Of a stretch of DNA of 64,000 bases, positions 38,790 through 47,481 are shown one piece after another. A program made the translations under genes and the position numbers. The DNA comes from a virus (taxonomy: Duplodnaviria; Caudoviricetes). The notes below the pieces were generated by a model. That model worked only from the letters and a program-made list of their open reading frames with translations. It was not told the origin of the DNA and did no database searches. Every line of letters starts with the position of its first letter. Position 1 is the stretch's first letter. Where the stretch lies: the IMG/VR virus record IMGVR_UViG_3300007214_000006; one strand, given 5' to 3'.

Positions 38790-39137
38790 ATGATTAAACC
38801 TGGTTACAGAACTAGTGAATTTTGGTTTACCCTTGTAAGTTTTATATTTAGTGGATTTTATTTGGTTGGTATTATCAACGATAATAGTCAAAAAGAGGAT
38901 TTAATTAGAGATGTTAGTCATGGTGTAGAAAGCGTGATATTGATAGGCGGCCAATTAGCTTTATTATGGAAATATATGAATAGCAGAAAAGAAATCAAAA
39001 AAACTTGGTGGGATACTGCCACCAAAGAAGAGAGAACAATGGTTGTAGAAAAAAATATCAAACCAATAATTTCTAAACCTAAAAAAGTTACCAAACCCAA
39101 AATCACAAAAAAATCTAAAAAGCCACCAAATAAATAG
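38790..39137 (+). CDS. holin-like two-TM membrane protein
   Basis: KPGYRTSEFWFTL start, two hydrophobic segments, basic C-terminal tail. Confidence 0.55.
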   Translation: MIKPGYRTSEFWFTLVSFIFSGFYLVGIINDNSQKEDLIRDVSHGVESVILIGGQLALLWKYMNSRKEIKKTWWDTATKEERTMVVEKNIKPIISKPKKVTKPKITKKSKKPPNK

Positions 39138-39149
39138 ATCATATTCTAC

Positions 39150-39161
39150 GGTGTATTACTA
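39150..39161 (+). promoter_or_regulatory. candidate phage late-promoter motif (GGTGTATTACTA)
   Basis: Intergenic variant upstream of 39202. Confidence 0.45.
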
Positions 39162-39201
39162 ATATAAGACCCCACACCCTGCCAAAATAAAAAAGGACAA
39201 T

Positions 39202-39645
39202 ATGCTAGATATAGATATACAAAATATTGTTAATGAAGAATTAAAAAAGTTAGAGACAGAAACAAAAAATTCTATAAAAGAAATAAAAAATATAGCAATT
39301 AATCAGGCTTGGAAAATTCTGCAGCTTACGATTGCTTCTACGATACAAATCATTGAAAAGTCGGCAGAGGATATGGCCGGAAAGGATAAAAAAACCATAG
39401 CATTAAATGCAATATCTAAATTTTATGATAATGTGTTTATGGTTGTAAATGTTCCTTTTATTCCCAGCATATTAGAAGGGATGCTACATAAATATGTAAA
39501 AATTTTTCTAATGAGTCTTGTTGGCTCAAGTATAGATGCTATGGTTACAACATTTAGGCAAGTTGGTATATTTAAAACTAAGGATCAAATAAAATCTTTA
39601 TCCTTCAAAAAAACGAAACCAAAAACTAAAAGGAAAAACAAATGA
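39202..39645 (+). CDS. hypothetical protein, possibly holin-associated
   Basis: AAGGA RBS; G.DKK..A motif and amphipathic helices. Confidence 0.6.
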   Translation: MLDIDIQNIVNEELKKLETETKNSIKEIKNIAINQAWKILQLTIASTIQIIEKSAEDMAGKDKKTIALNAISKFYDNVFMVVNVPFIPSILEGMLHKYVKIFLMSLVGSSIDAMVTTFRQVGIFKTKDQIKSLSFKKTKPKTKRKNK

Positions 39646-39995
39646 ATTACACAGAAACATTTAATGATTTTGCCACGAGAGTTTCTACTTTGGATCTTGC
39701 TTTGTATGCTGGAATAGGATTGGTACTATGGACTCTGTTTAAAGATAAACTAAGTCCTGTGCAAAAATTTTTACTAGATTTTACAAATAATATAAAATCA
39801 AAATCAGATTCTGAAAAAAGCACTACGATTACCACTCCAATCGTAAATAAAGAAGATATATTTTTTGAATTGGTTTCATCATGGAAAAATACAAGAGATC
39901 TTGCTGTTCGAAGTAATTGCGAACAAGCAGTAAAAGTTGCTGATCAAATGTTTCCGTTTTTAAGTCCAAATTCTTGTCAAACAAAATCAGAATAA
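39642..39995 (+). CDS. single-TM hypothetical protein
   Basis: LDLALYAGIGLVLWTLF hydrophobic segment. Confidence 0.65.
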   Translation: MNYTETFNDFATRVSTLDLALYAGIGLVLWTLFKDKLSPVQKFLLDFTNNIKSKSDSEKSTTITTPIVNKEDIFFELVSSWKNTRDLAVRSNCEQAVKVADQMFPFLSPNSCQTKSE

Positions 39996-40008
39996 TAAAG
40001 GATAAAAA

Positions 40009-40491
40009 ATGAATAATAAAGCATTATTAACTATAGCAGGATTACTTATAGCTATTGGATTAATTAAACCTGATTTTTCTAATTTAACGCCAATTAAGAA
40101 ACCAAGCAACAACATCGTATTGTTAGATGTTCCAGCAGACGCAGCTATTAAGAAAGAATGTGATGATGTCACAAAAATTTTAAAATCGGGGTCGCCAAAT
40201 GATGCTGTTAGATTAAGAGATTTGTTTCTTGATATTTCTAAATTAATAGAATTAGATGGAGAAGATCTGGTAATTAAAACTACGGAAGAAATTCGTCAAG
40301 CTAATAGTTTAGCCGGGCCTATGCTAAAGCTAGATATCAAGGGTAAATATCCTAATCTTGCTAATGAGTCCAAAGAAGTAATAGTGGCCGTTATAGGCGA
40401 TGATAGTGTGCCATTAACTGTAGAATTGAGGAAACAAGCTGTTAATGCTTTTAAATATTTGGCATGGGCGTGTAATGAAGGAGCAAAATAA
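40009..40491 (+). CDS. secreted or membrane-anchored hypothetical protein
   Basis: N-terminal signal-like KALLTIAGLLIAIGLI; AAGGA RBS. Confidence 0.7.
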   Translation: MNNKALLTIAGLLIAIGLIKPDFSNLTPIKKPSNNIVLLDVPADAAIKKECDDVTKILKSGSPNDAVRLRDLFLDISKLIELDGEDLVIKTTEEIRQANSLAGPMLKLDIKGKYPNLANESKEVIVAVIGDDSVPLTVELRKQAVNAFKYLAWACNEGAK

Positions 40492-41420
40492 TGTCAAGAT
40501 TATCCCCTCAAGATCTGTATAACAATTATCGTAAAGGATTTAGTGGATGTTTGTGGGAACAGCATATATTTGATCATCTAATAGAGGTTAGTAAATATCC
40601 TATGTTTGGAGATGCTATTGGTAGTAGATTTAAAAATAGTGGAAAAGGCAAATTATCTACCCCGTACAAAAGTGTATTGAAGTTTGATAAAAAATCTTAT
40701 GATGAAAGACAAACAACAGGAGATTGTGTTAGCCATGCAACGCGAAATGCTTGTGATGTTAGTAGAGCTGTAGAGATAGATATAGAAGGACAAAAAGAAG
40801 CTTGGATAGCAAGAGGAGCCACAGAAGCTATCTATGGTGCTCGCGGTCATGGTGGTCAAGGTATGAGTTGCGCACGAGCAGCAGAATTTGTTAGTAAAAA
40901 TGGCGGTATTTTATTAAGGAAAAACTACAAAGGAGTAGCGGACTTTAGCAAATATAACGGTAATCTGGGAGCAGGATGGGGCGCAAGAGGCTTGCCCGAT
41001 GTTGTTATAGATGCTGCTAATGATCATCAAATCCAAACCGTGAGTTTGGTGAGAACAGTAGAAGAAGCACGAGACGCATTAGCTAATGGATATGGATTAT
41101 CTGTGTGTTCTAATTATGGATTTAGTAATAAAAGAGATAAAAAAGGCATTAGTAATACGAGTGGGCATTGGGCCCATGCTATGGCATGGATAGCGTGTGA
41201 TGATACGGGAAGCGAGCCCTTGTTTCTGGTACAAAATAGCTGGGGTAAATGGAATGATGGTGGTCATCCAGAATGGGGTCCTATTCCGGACGGATCATTT
41301 TTAATACGAGCAGAAGTTGCGGCCGGTATGCTAGGAGCTAATGCTAGCTATGCTTTTAGCAACTTTGACGGATTTCCTGTGCAAAAATTACCAGACTATG
41401 GTTTTGGGGAGTACCTATAA
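40491..41420 (+). CDS. papain-like cysteine peptidase (C1-like)
   Basis: QTTGDCVSHA (Gln, Cys), GHWAHAM (His), LVQNSWG (Asn). Confidence 0.85.
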   Translation: MSRLSPQDLYNNYRKGFSGCLWEQHIFDHLIEVSKYPMFGDAIGSRFKNSGKGKLSTPYKSVLKFDKKSYDERQTTGDCVSHATRNACDVSRAVEIDIEGQKEAWIARGATEAIYGARGHGGQGMSCARAAEFVSKNGGILLRKNYKGVADFSKYNGNLGAGWGARGLPDVVIDAANDHQIQTVSLVRTVEEARDALANGYGLSVCSNYGFSNKRDKKGISNTSGHWAHAMAWIACDDTGSEPLFLVQNSWGKWNDGGHPEWGPIPDGSFLIRAEVAAGMLGANASYAFSNFDGFPVQKLPDYGFGEYL

Positions 41421-42433
41421 TGGCATTAGTAAGAATTTATGCTGTTTGTGGTGGAACTAACGCCGCTAATGGTTTTTATACAAACGATGGCACTGATCAA
41501 TATATTAATGAAAAAAATAGCTCTTATAAAATTCATTATGCGGACGGTTATTGGTATATAAGCTATATTGATTCTCCGTTATATAGATTAGCAGCTGCCT
41601 CATCTTCTGTTGATCCAACAAGTGATACTGCTTGGACAATAATGAATGGTTCTAGTCCAACGGTAAAAACATTCAATGGAGATAGTTATTCTTCTGGTGT
41701 AACAGATTCAAATAATAATTATGTATTTGGTACAGTAGTAATTAGTGGTGCTAGTATTAGTGCTGCAAATGGGAATTATTTATTCAATAATAGTTCTGAA
41801 TGGACTCACACGAATGGACTGTATGAGATAGCGGTTTTCTCATGCAGTGACCTAGCCATATACAGAATCTCTGACAATACTCCTTTATATCGTTGCACTA
41901 GTAACCTTGTTGGTTTTCATCCGGTCACTATCTATGACAATAGCTCATCTTGGGAAACTGTGGTTGGTAACGGTGGTGGTACCGCACCTACTTCTTCATC
42001 TTATGACTCAACAACTATTTGCTCTACTGGTGGTAGTGAAAATGCCGGTAATAATTATACTCATAGCAGATTAGTAGACACAATAACAATCACAGGGGCT
42101 GCTGGATCATATACCGGCGCTAATGGCACATATTATGCTTCTAGAAATTGGGCTTCTGGAACATCAGAAGCTAATGGAGATTTACCAATATTCGTACACG
42201 CGAACGGTAATTATATTATATATTACAATACTATTGGTGAATGGTGGCAAATTTCGGAGAGTCTTATAAGTGGAGCATTATATGTGAATGGCGAATACCT
42301 CTCAAGTATTCCTGTTGGAAGCTGGACAAATGAAGATGCTCCGTCTGGCAATGTAACTAGCACAACATCTACAACCAGACGATTTTTTGTTCGCAAAAGT
42401 GGCAATAACTTTTATTTAAGACACACATCATGA
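41420..42433 (+). CDS. S/T/G/N/Y-rich protein with three internal repeats
   Basis: AANGFY / AANGNY / GANGTY, each followed by Y.I....W...LY...P...W. Confidence 0.7.
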   Translation: MALVRIYAVCGGTNAANGFYTNDGTDQYINEKNSSYKIHYADGYWYISYIDSPLYRLAAASSSVDPTSDTAWTIMNGSSPTVKTFNGDSYSSGVTDSNNNYVFGTVVISGASISAANGNYLFNNSSEWTHTNGLYEIAVFSCSDLAIYRISDNTPLYRCTSNLVGFHPVTIYDNSSSWETVVGNGGGTAPTSSSYDSTTICSTGGSENAGNNYTHSRLVDTITITGAAGSYTGANGTYYASRNWASGTSEANGDLPIFVHANGNYIIYYNTIGEWWQISESLISGALYVNGEYLSSIPVGSWTNEDAPSGNVTSTTSTTRRFFVRKSGNNFYLRHTS

Positions 42434-42588
42434 ACTTACTAGATAAAATAGCATTAAATAGACTTATTAGCATAGTTACTAATTTTATATTAGGTTTGAT
42501 TAAGATTTTTGCTCCAAAAGCAATAAACGATATAAAAGTACCAAAACCAAAACGTAAAATATTTCCATGGAGAACACAAGATGAATAA
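42430..42588 (+). CDS. 52-aa amphipathic hypothetical protein (not in ORF track)
   Basis: MNLLDKIALNRLISIVTNFILGLIKIFAPK...; ATGA overlap with the upstream stop; fills the gap. Confidence 0.6.
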   Translation: MNLLDKIALNRLISIVTNFILGLIKIFAPKAINDIKVPKPKRKIFPWRTQDE

Positions 42589-42913
42589 CTTTCTGTCTTT
42601 TCTTTTAATCGGATCCATATTAACGTTTGGTTCGATAAAATACAACGGATCCACAACAGGTGCTGTTGTATTAGCAGGAGCCATAATCAAAACACAATCG
42701 GTAGTTGTGGATAAAAAATACAAAAGAAAAGATTGTCCAGTTTGTAAAGGTAAAGGATATTATATAAGTGGCGATGGTATTAGCAAAGTAGATTGCGGAT
42801 ATTGTGAACCAGAAAAAAAAGATGGAGCGCCCGCATATGATGATGCTGTTACCCATCCTCCTGTGGTCATAAAACAAAATTGTCCTGATGGATCTTGTAA
42901 ATCTAAAAAATAA
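42581..42913 (+). CDS. secreted protein with a DnaJ-type zinc-finger-like motif
   Basis: Signal-like N-terminus; CPVCKGKG...DCGYCEP. Confidence 0.7.
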   Translation: MNNFLSFLLIGSILTFGSIKYNGSTTGAVVLAGAIIKTQSVVVDKKYKRKDCPVCKGKGYYISGDGISKVDCGYCEPEKKDGAPAYDDAVTHPPVVIKQNCPDGSCKSKK

Positions 42914-42923
42914 GGGTTTAATT

Positions 42924-43319
42924 ATGAGTAATGATAATCCAGAACTAAAAAATGTAGCTCACAAAGTTTTACAACAAAGTAACATACCTGACGATCAAAA
43001 ATTTGGTAGCATTATTGCTATATTAATGATGATAAGCATAGTACTAACCGTTATACGAGTTCTACAAGAATGCAACAAGGCTAAAACTGTTGGCATGACC
43101 AGCAAAGATAAAACACCAATTTATGCCGAAAATATAAGAACATACAGTAAAAAGCGCGGTTGGTTTACTCGTATGAGAATCAAGCGTATTGTACGAAAAC
43201 AAATGAGCGCCGAAGATTACAATAAATATGGTATAAAGTTAACAGAAAGTTTGTTAGACGTAGGAGAAAACCTCACGGATGATGAAGTTTACACACTAGT
43301 GGAGGCCGCAAATGTTTAG
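42924..43319 (+). CDS. single-TM hypothetical protein
   Basis: FGSIIAILMMISIVLTVIRVLQEC segment. Confidence 0.65.
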   Translation: MSNDNPELKNVAHKVLQQSNIPDDQKFGSIIAILMMISIVLTVIRVLQECNKAKTVGMTSKDKTPIYAENIRTYSKKRGWFTRMRIKRIVRKQMSAEDYNKYGIKLTESLLDVGENLTDDEVYTLVEAANV

Positions 43320-43563
43320 TTTATTAATATGGTGCGTTTATGGTTTATTTACTGGCAGTATCGCTAAAGCTATTGTACCAGGAGAAGAAAATTTTGGTTT
43401 TGTGAAAACAGTAGCATTAGGAATAGCTGGCTCATACATGGGCGGGGCAATATTATACTTATTAGGAGAGTATGATAGCTTGAGTCCAGCTGGAATATTC
43501 ATGGGTGTTGCCGGAGGAATTGTTACCCTTGTCCTATACAATAAGCTCAACATCAAAACATGA
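43312..43563 (+). CDS. GlsB/YeaQ/YmgE (transglycosylase-associated) membrane protein
   Basis: W..YGLFTG.IAK.I.PG....G...T..LGIAGS.MGG..three TM pattern; GGAGG RBS. Confidence 0.8.
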   Translation: MFSLLIWCVYGLFTGSIAKAIVPGEENFGFVKTVALGIAGSYMGGAILYLLGEYDSLSPAGIFMGVAGGIVTLVLYNKLNIKT

Positions 43564-44509
43564 TAAGGTAGCCGTAATACTATGGTTATACCATATTGAT
43601 TTATGGAAAGAATTTTATCAATTATTAAAACCAATTAATAATGATATAGTTTTATATCTAGGATTACCAACAGAAGCTAGCTGGTTTTATGATTCTATAA
43701 AACAAGATATAGCCGATTTTAATCACAATATACATTACAATCCAAATTACGGATGCGATGTGGCCCCATTTTTAAATCAACTGCACTATATATCTGAACC
43801 CACATTTATAAAACTACACTCTAAAAAATCCTCCTGGGGCGTTAAACGCAATATTCCGTGGAGGTCTGTTTTGTTGCACGACCTGATCGGATCTAAAGAA
43901 ATATTTGATAAGAATAGAATTATCATTAATAACGATGATGCAGGGGCCGTCTGTAATAAATTATTATTGCTAAAAGACAGAGAACTTACCAATACTAAAA
44001 TTATCAAAAAAATTTGTAAACTTATCAATATTAAATATTCTCATGTTGCTAAGTCTGAATTTTCTGCTGGTAATATGTTTTGGTCTAAAACCGATATTTA
44101 TAAAAAATATTTTAAAAAAGAAATTTGCGAAAAGCTCTTAAATAGTCTACAGAAAGAAAAAGGTAAAATTACAGACGAGTACTACGGAACATATTCTCAT
44201 TCTTTAGAGAGAGTATTCGGCTATATTATCAAACAAGAAGAGAAAAAATTTCTTTATCCGAATCATAAGGCAATAAAGATTTTAAATAAACAAGCAGAAA
44301 ACGGTTATTATAATCTTGTAATCACCTATGATAAATGTTGTTATCTAGAAGAAGATTTAAATGCCTTCGGCCATATTATTAAACTTTCTAAAAAAAATAT
44401 GTTGATACAATGGCTACATATGCCTACTATAATTTACCAAAACTACAGAATCTTAGACAATAATACAATCATAAAAGACGATAATGCAAAAACAAATATT
44501 ATTTCTTAA
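43505..44509 (+). CDS. rhamnan synthesis F (RgpF)-like glycosyltransferase; start uncertain
   Basis: VAVILWLYHIDLW.EF, N.G.DVAPFL, IKLHSKKS, F.AGNMFW, HSLERVFG. Confidence 0.8.
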   Translation: MLPEELLPLSYTISSTSKHDKVAVILWLYHIDLWKEFYQLLKPINNDIVLYLGLPTEASWFYDSIKQDIADFNHNIHYNPNYGCDVAPFLNQLHYISEPTFIKLHSKKSSWGVKRNIPWRSVLLHDLIGSKEIFDKNRIIINNDDAGAVCNKLLLLKDRELTNTKIIKKICKLINIKYSHVAKSEFSAGNMFWSKTDIYKKYFKKEICEKLLNSLQKEKGKITDEYYGTYSHSLERVFGYIIKQEEKKFLYPNHKAIKILNKQAENGYYNLVITYDKCCYLEEDLNAFGHIIKLSKKNMLIQWLHMPTIIYQNYRILDNNTIIKDDNAKTNIIS

Positions 44510-45938
44510 AAAAGCGTCTGAGAACCCATTGTTGAAAAAAATCATGGAGGACCACCATTATTTGATTCCTCCTGATTTTGATTATAGAGCGTATTTGTTT
44601 TTCTCTAAGGATTTGGATTATCCGGGAATAACAGAAAATATGTTAAAAATACATTATATAATTTTCGGTAAAAAAGAAAACAGACTTTATAAATTTCACG
44701 ACAATATTTTAACAACGCAAACAATATTAAGTAAGTACAAAGATTTTGATCCTAGGATCTATAGGATATTAAATCCTGATTTAACTTGTTTTGACGATAA
44801 TCAAACTATAATACATTTTATAAATCATGGTATTAATGAAAAAAGAAAATATAGTTGTGATTTTACATATACAAATATCATAAAAAAAACAAATAAAACA
44901 AATAAACAATTAAAAAAAACAGATATAGTATTAATTAACCATGACACCTCATTAACCGGGGCTCCAAAAGCATTACAAAATATATATAATCATATAAATC
45001 GTAAACATAAAACGTTATATGTGGACGTTGTACCAAATAAAAATATACATATTAATAATATAGCATATCATAGTAATAATTATTCTAATATATATAGTAT
45101 AATAAAAAAAACAAAACCATCAATAATTGTTTCAAATTCTTTAAATTCATATTTACAAAATATAAATAAATTTAATATTGATACAATAAATAAAACTATA
45201 TTTTATTTCCATGAAACATACGATGGATTTAAGCATTTTACGCTAGAAAAAAATAATAAATTGCTAAAAATGGCAAATATTTGGGTGGTATCAGAAAAAA
45301 TCAGAGAAGAATTTAAAAATCATGGGTTTAAAAAATTATCAGTTATTCCGCCATTTATGCCAATTAGTGATCAAAAAAAGATAGATAAACTAAAATTAGA
45401 ACGAATTAATAAAATAAAAAATATATGTAATTCTAGATTTATAAATAAGAAAAAACCCATAGTCGGTATGTGCGGCACTATGGATATAAGAAAAAATTTT
45501 TCTATGTTTTGCGAAATTGCTAACTTATTGCCTCATATAGAATTTTTGTGGATAGGAGGAAATCTGTCTCATGTGGAAGATAAATACAAAAAAATTAAAA
45601 ATTTATTTATTATAGAAAATACAATTAATCCATATAAATATTTTCAAATATTAGATTATTTTTTTCTAACCAGTAAATCTGATCCTTGTCCATTTGTTGT
45701 TTTAGAGAATTTGTATATGAATAAAAAAATTATTGTTTTACATGACAATATACACTATGAGCATAATCCCGATTTGCTTGAAAATTATACTAATTTATAT
45801 AATCATAAAAATGATGCAAAAATTATTGCATCTAAGTTAAAAAAAATGAAACTAAATAAAAAACGCAATATTACAAATAAAAATATAGACTATATAAAAA
45901 ATTATTTTTCTATTCCAAATTTAAGCTTGACCCCTTGA
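44484..45938 (+). CDS. GT4-like glycosyltransferase with two N-terminal FD..Y...DL..HY..G..E.R repeats
   Basis: INHDTSLTGAP, VGMCGT..RKNF, FLWIGG, FLTSKSDPCPFVVLE. Confidence 0.8.
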   Translation: MQKQILFLKKASENPLLKKIMEDHHYLIPPDFDYRAYLFFSKDLDYPGITENMLKIHYIIFGKKENRLYKFHDNILTTQTILSKYKDFDPRIYRILNPDLTCFDDNQTIIHFINHGINEKRKYSCDFTYTNIIKKTNKTNKQLKKTDIVLINHDTSLTGAPKALQNIYNHINRKHKTLYVDVVPNKNIHINNIAYHSNNYSNIYSIIKKTKPSIIVSNSLNSYLQNINKFNIDTINKTIFYFHETYDGFKHFTLEKNNKLLKMANIWVVSEKIREEFKNHGFKKLSVIPPFMPISDQKKIDKLKLERINKIKNICNSRFINKKKPIVGMCGTMDIRKNFSMFCEIANLLPHIEFLWIGGNLSHVEDKYKKIKNLFIIENTINPYKYFQILDYFFLTSKSDPCPFVVLENLYMNKKIIVLHDNIHYEHNPDLLENYTNLYNHKNDAKIIASKLKKMKLNKKRNITNKNIDYIKNYFSIPNLSLTP

Positions 45939-45962
45939 CTTTTTAAATATTGGCTTTATCAT
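45935..45962 (+). promoter_or_regulatory. sigma70-like promoter for the nucleotide-metabolism block
   Basis: TTGACT-N16-TATCAT; the -35 box contains the upstream TGA stop. Confidence 0.6.
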
Positions 45963-45968
45963 GGTTGT

Positions 45969-46436
45969 ATGAGACCATCGTGGACAAATTATTTTTTAGG
46001 ATTAGCCAAAGTTGTATCTCAACGCAGTCACGATATTCACACCCAGCACGGATGCATAATAACAGACACTTATAATAGAATATTGGGTGTTGGATATAAT
46101 GGCTATCCCAGAGGAATGAAAGATCACGATCTTCCTAAAAATAGACCAGATAAATACCATTGGATGATACACGCAGAAAAAAATGCATTATCAAATTGTA
46201 TCGTTAGGCCACAAAATGGGATCGCTTATGTTACTGGTCAATGTTGTAATGATTGTGCGATATCTTTGTGGCAAGAAGGTGTGGAAAAAATAATTATGAT
46301 AGATGATCATGGAACTCATCTATTTGATTTGGAGGCTCAAAAAAGATTTGATATGTTTGTAGAAATGAGTGGAATAAAAATTTACAAAGTAAAACCAGAT
46401 CTTTCTTGGATTAAAAATCTTTGTGGTGTATTATGA
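45969..46436 (+). CDS. dCMP deaminase
   Basis: YFLGLA..VS.RS, GYNG.PRG, HAEKNAL and CC.DC zinc motifs. Confidence 0.9.
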   Translation: MRPSWTNYFLGLAKVVSQRSHDIHTQHGCIITDTYNRILGVGYNGYPRGMKDHDLPKNRPDKYHWMIHAEKNALSNCIVRPQNGIAYVTGQCCNDCAISLWQEGVEKIIMIDDHGTHLFDLEAQKRFDMFVEMSGIKIYKVKPDLSWIKNLCGVL

Positions 46437-46491
46437 TATCACCTAAATTTTAACGCACTCTGCGACAACAATATGATAAAGGAATGAATGT

Positions 46492-47466
46492 ATGATATTT
46501 GACGAACAAATTACCAGAAAACCAGATAATTATCCTTGGACTCAAGATTTCATTGAGGCTATGCATAACGGGTTCTGGACTCACAGAGAATTTAACTTTC
46601 AGAGCGATATACAAGATTTTTTGGTTAATCTAACAGATCAGGAAAAACAAATAATTATCAGAGCACTATCAACAATTGGTCAACTAGAAATATCTGTTAA
46701 AAAATTCTGGGCCAAACTTGGAGATAATCTACCTCATCCTTCGATCAATGATATGGGGTATGTTATGGCCAATGTGGAAGTAATACATGGTGATGCTTAC
46801 GAAAGACTTTTAGAAGTATTGGGTATCGACGATAGTTTCGATGAAATTCTTAAATTAGATATCATAAAAGGACGTGTAAATTATCTTAGAAAACATTTAC
46901 ATAAATTTCATGAAAATAACAAAAAGCAATTTATATATTCTTTAATTCTTTTTACCTTATTTGTTGAAAATATAGCTTTATTTTCTCAGTTTTATACCAT
47001 TAGTTGGTTTGGTAGATACAAAAATCTACTAAAAGATACCAATAAACAAGTAGAATATACATCCAGAGAAGAAAATTTACATGCAATGATCGGGATAAAA
47101 ATAATCAATACAATAAGAGAAGAATATCCAGACCTATTTGACGATGAGCTTAAAAACAAAATAACATTTGAAGCATCAGAAGCAATAAAATATGAATGTC
47201 AAATTATAGAATGGATAGTAAATGGGTATGATCATAAAAAATTAAACTCTCCTCTTCTCAAAGAATTTATAAAAAATAGAATGAATGAATCATTAGTGAA
47301 AATAGGTTTTGATCCTATTTTTGATGTTGACGAAACTATGGTATCAAAAACCTCTTGGTTTGATGAACAAGTACTAGGAAATAATATGACGGACTTTTTT
47401 CACAGTAGGCCGGTCGAATACGCTAAATGTACACAAAGTTTTACAGAAGAGGATCTATTCAATTAG
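46492..47466 (+). CDS. nrdB: ribonucleotide reductase class Ia beta subunit
   Basis: FWTHREF, E..H...Y, VENIALFSQF, SREENLH, DFF..RP.EY. Confidence 0.93.
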   Translation: MIFDEQITRKPDNYPWTQDFIEAMHNGFWTHREFNFQSDIQDFLVNLTDQEKQIIIRALSTIGQLEISVKKFWAKLGDNLPHPSINDMGYVMANVEVIHGDAYERLLEVLGIDDSFDEILKLDIIKGRVNYLRKHLHKFHENNKKQFIYSLILFTLFVENIALFSQFYTISWFGRYKNLLKDTNKQVEYTSREENLHAMIGIKIINTIREEYPDLFDDELKNKITFEASEAIKYECQIIEWIVNGYDHKKLNSPLLKEFIKNRMNESLVKIGFDPIFDVDETMVSKTSWFDEQVLGNNMTDFFHSRPVEYAKCTQSFTEEDLFN

Positions 47467-47481
47467 GATTGATAAGGAAAT

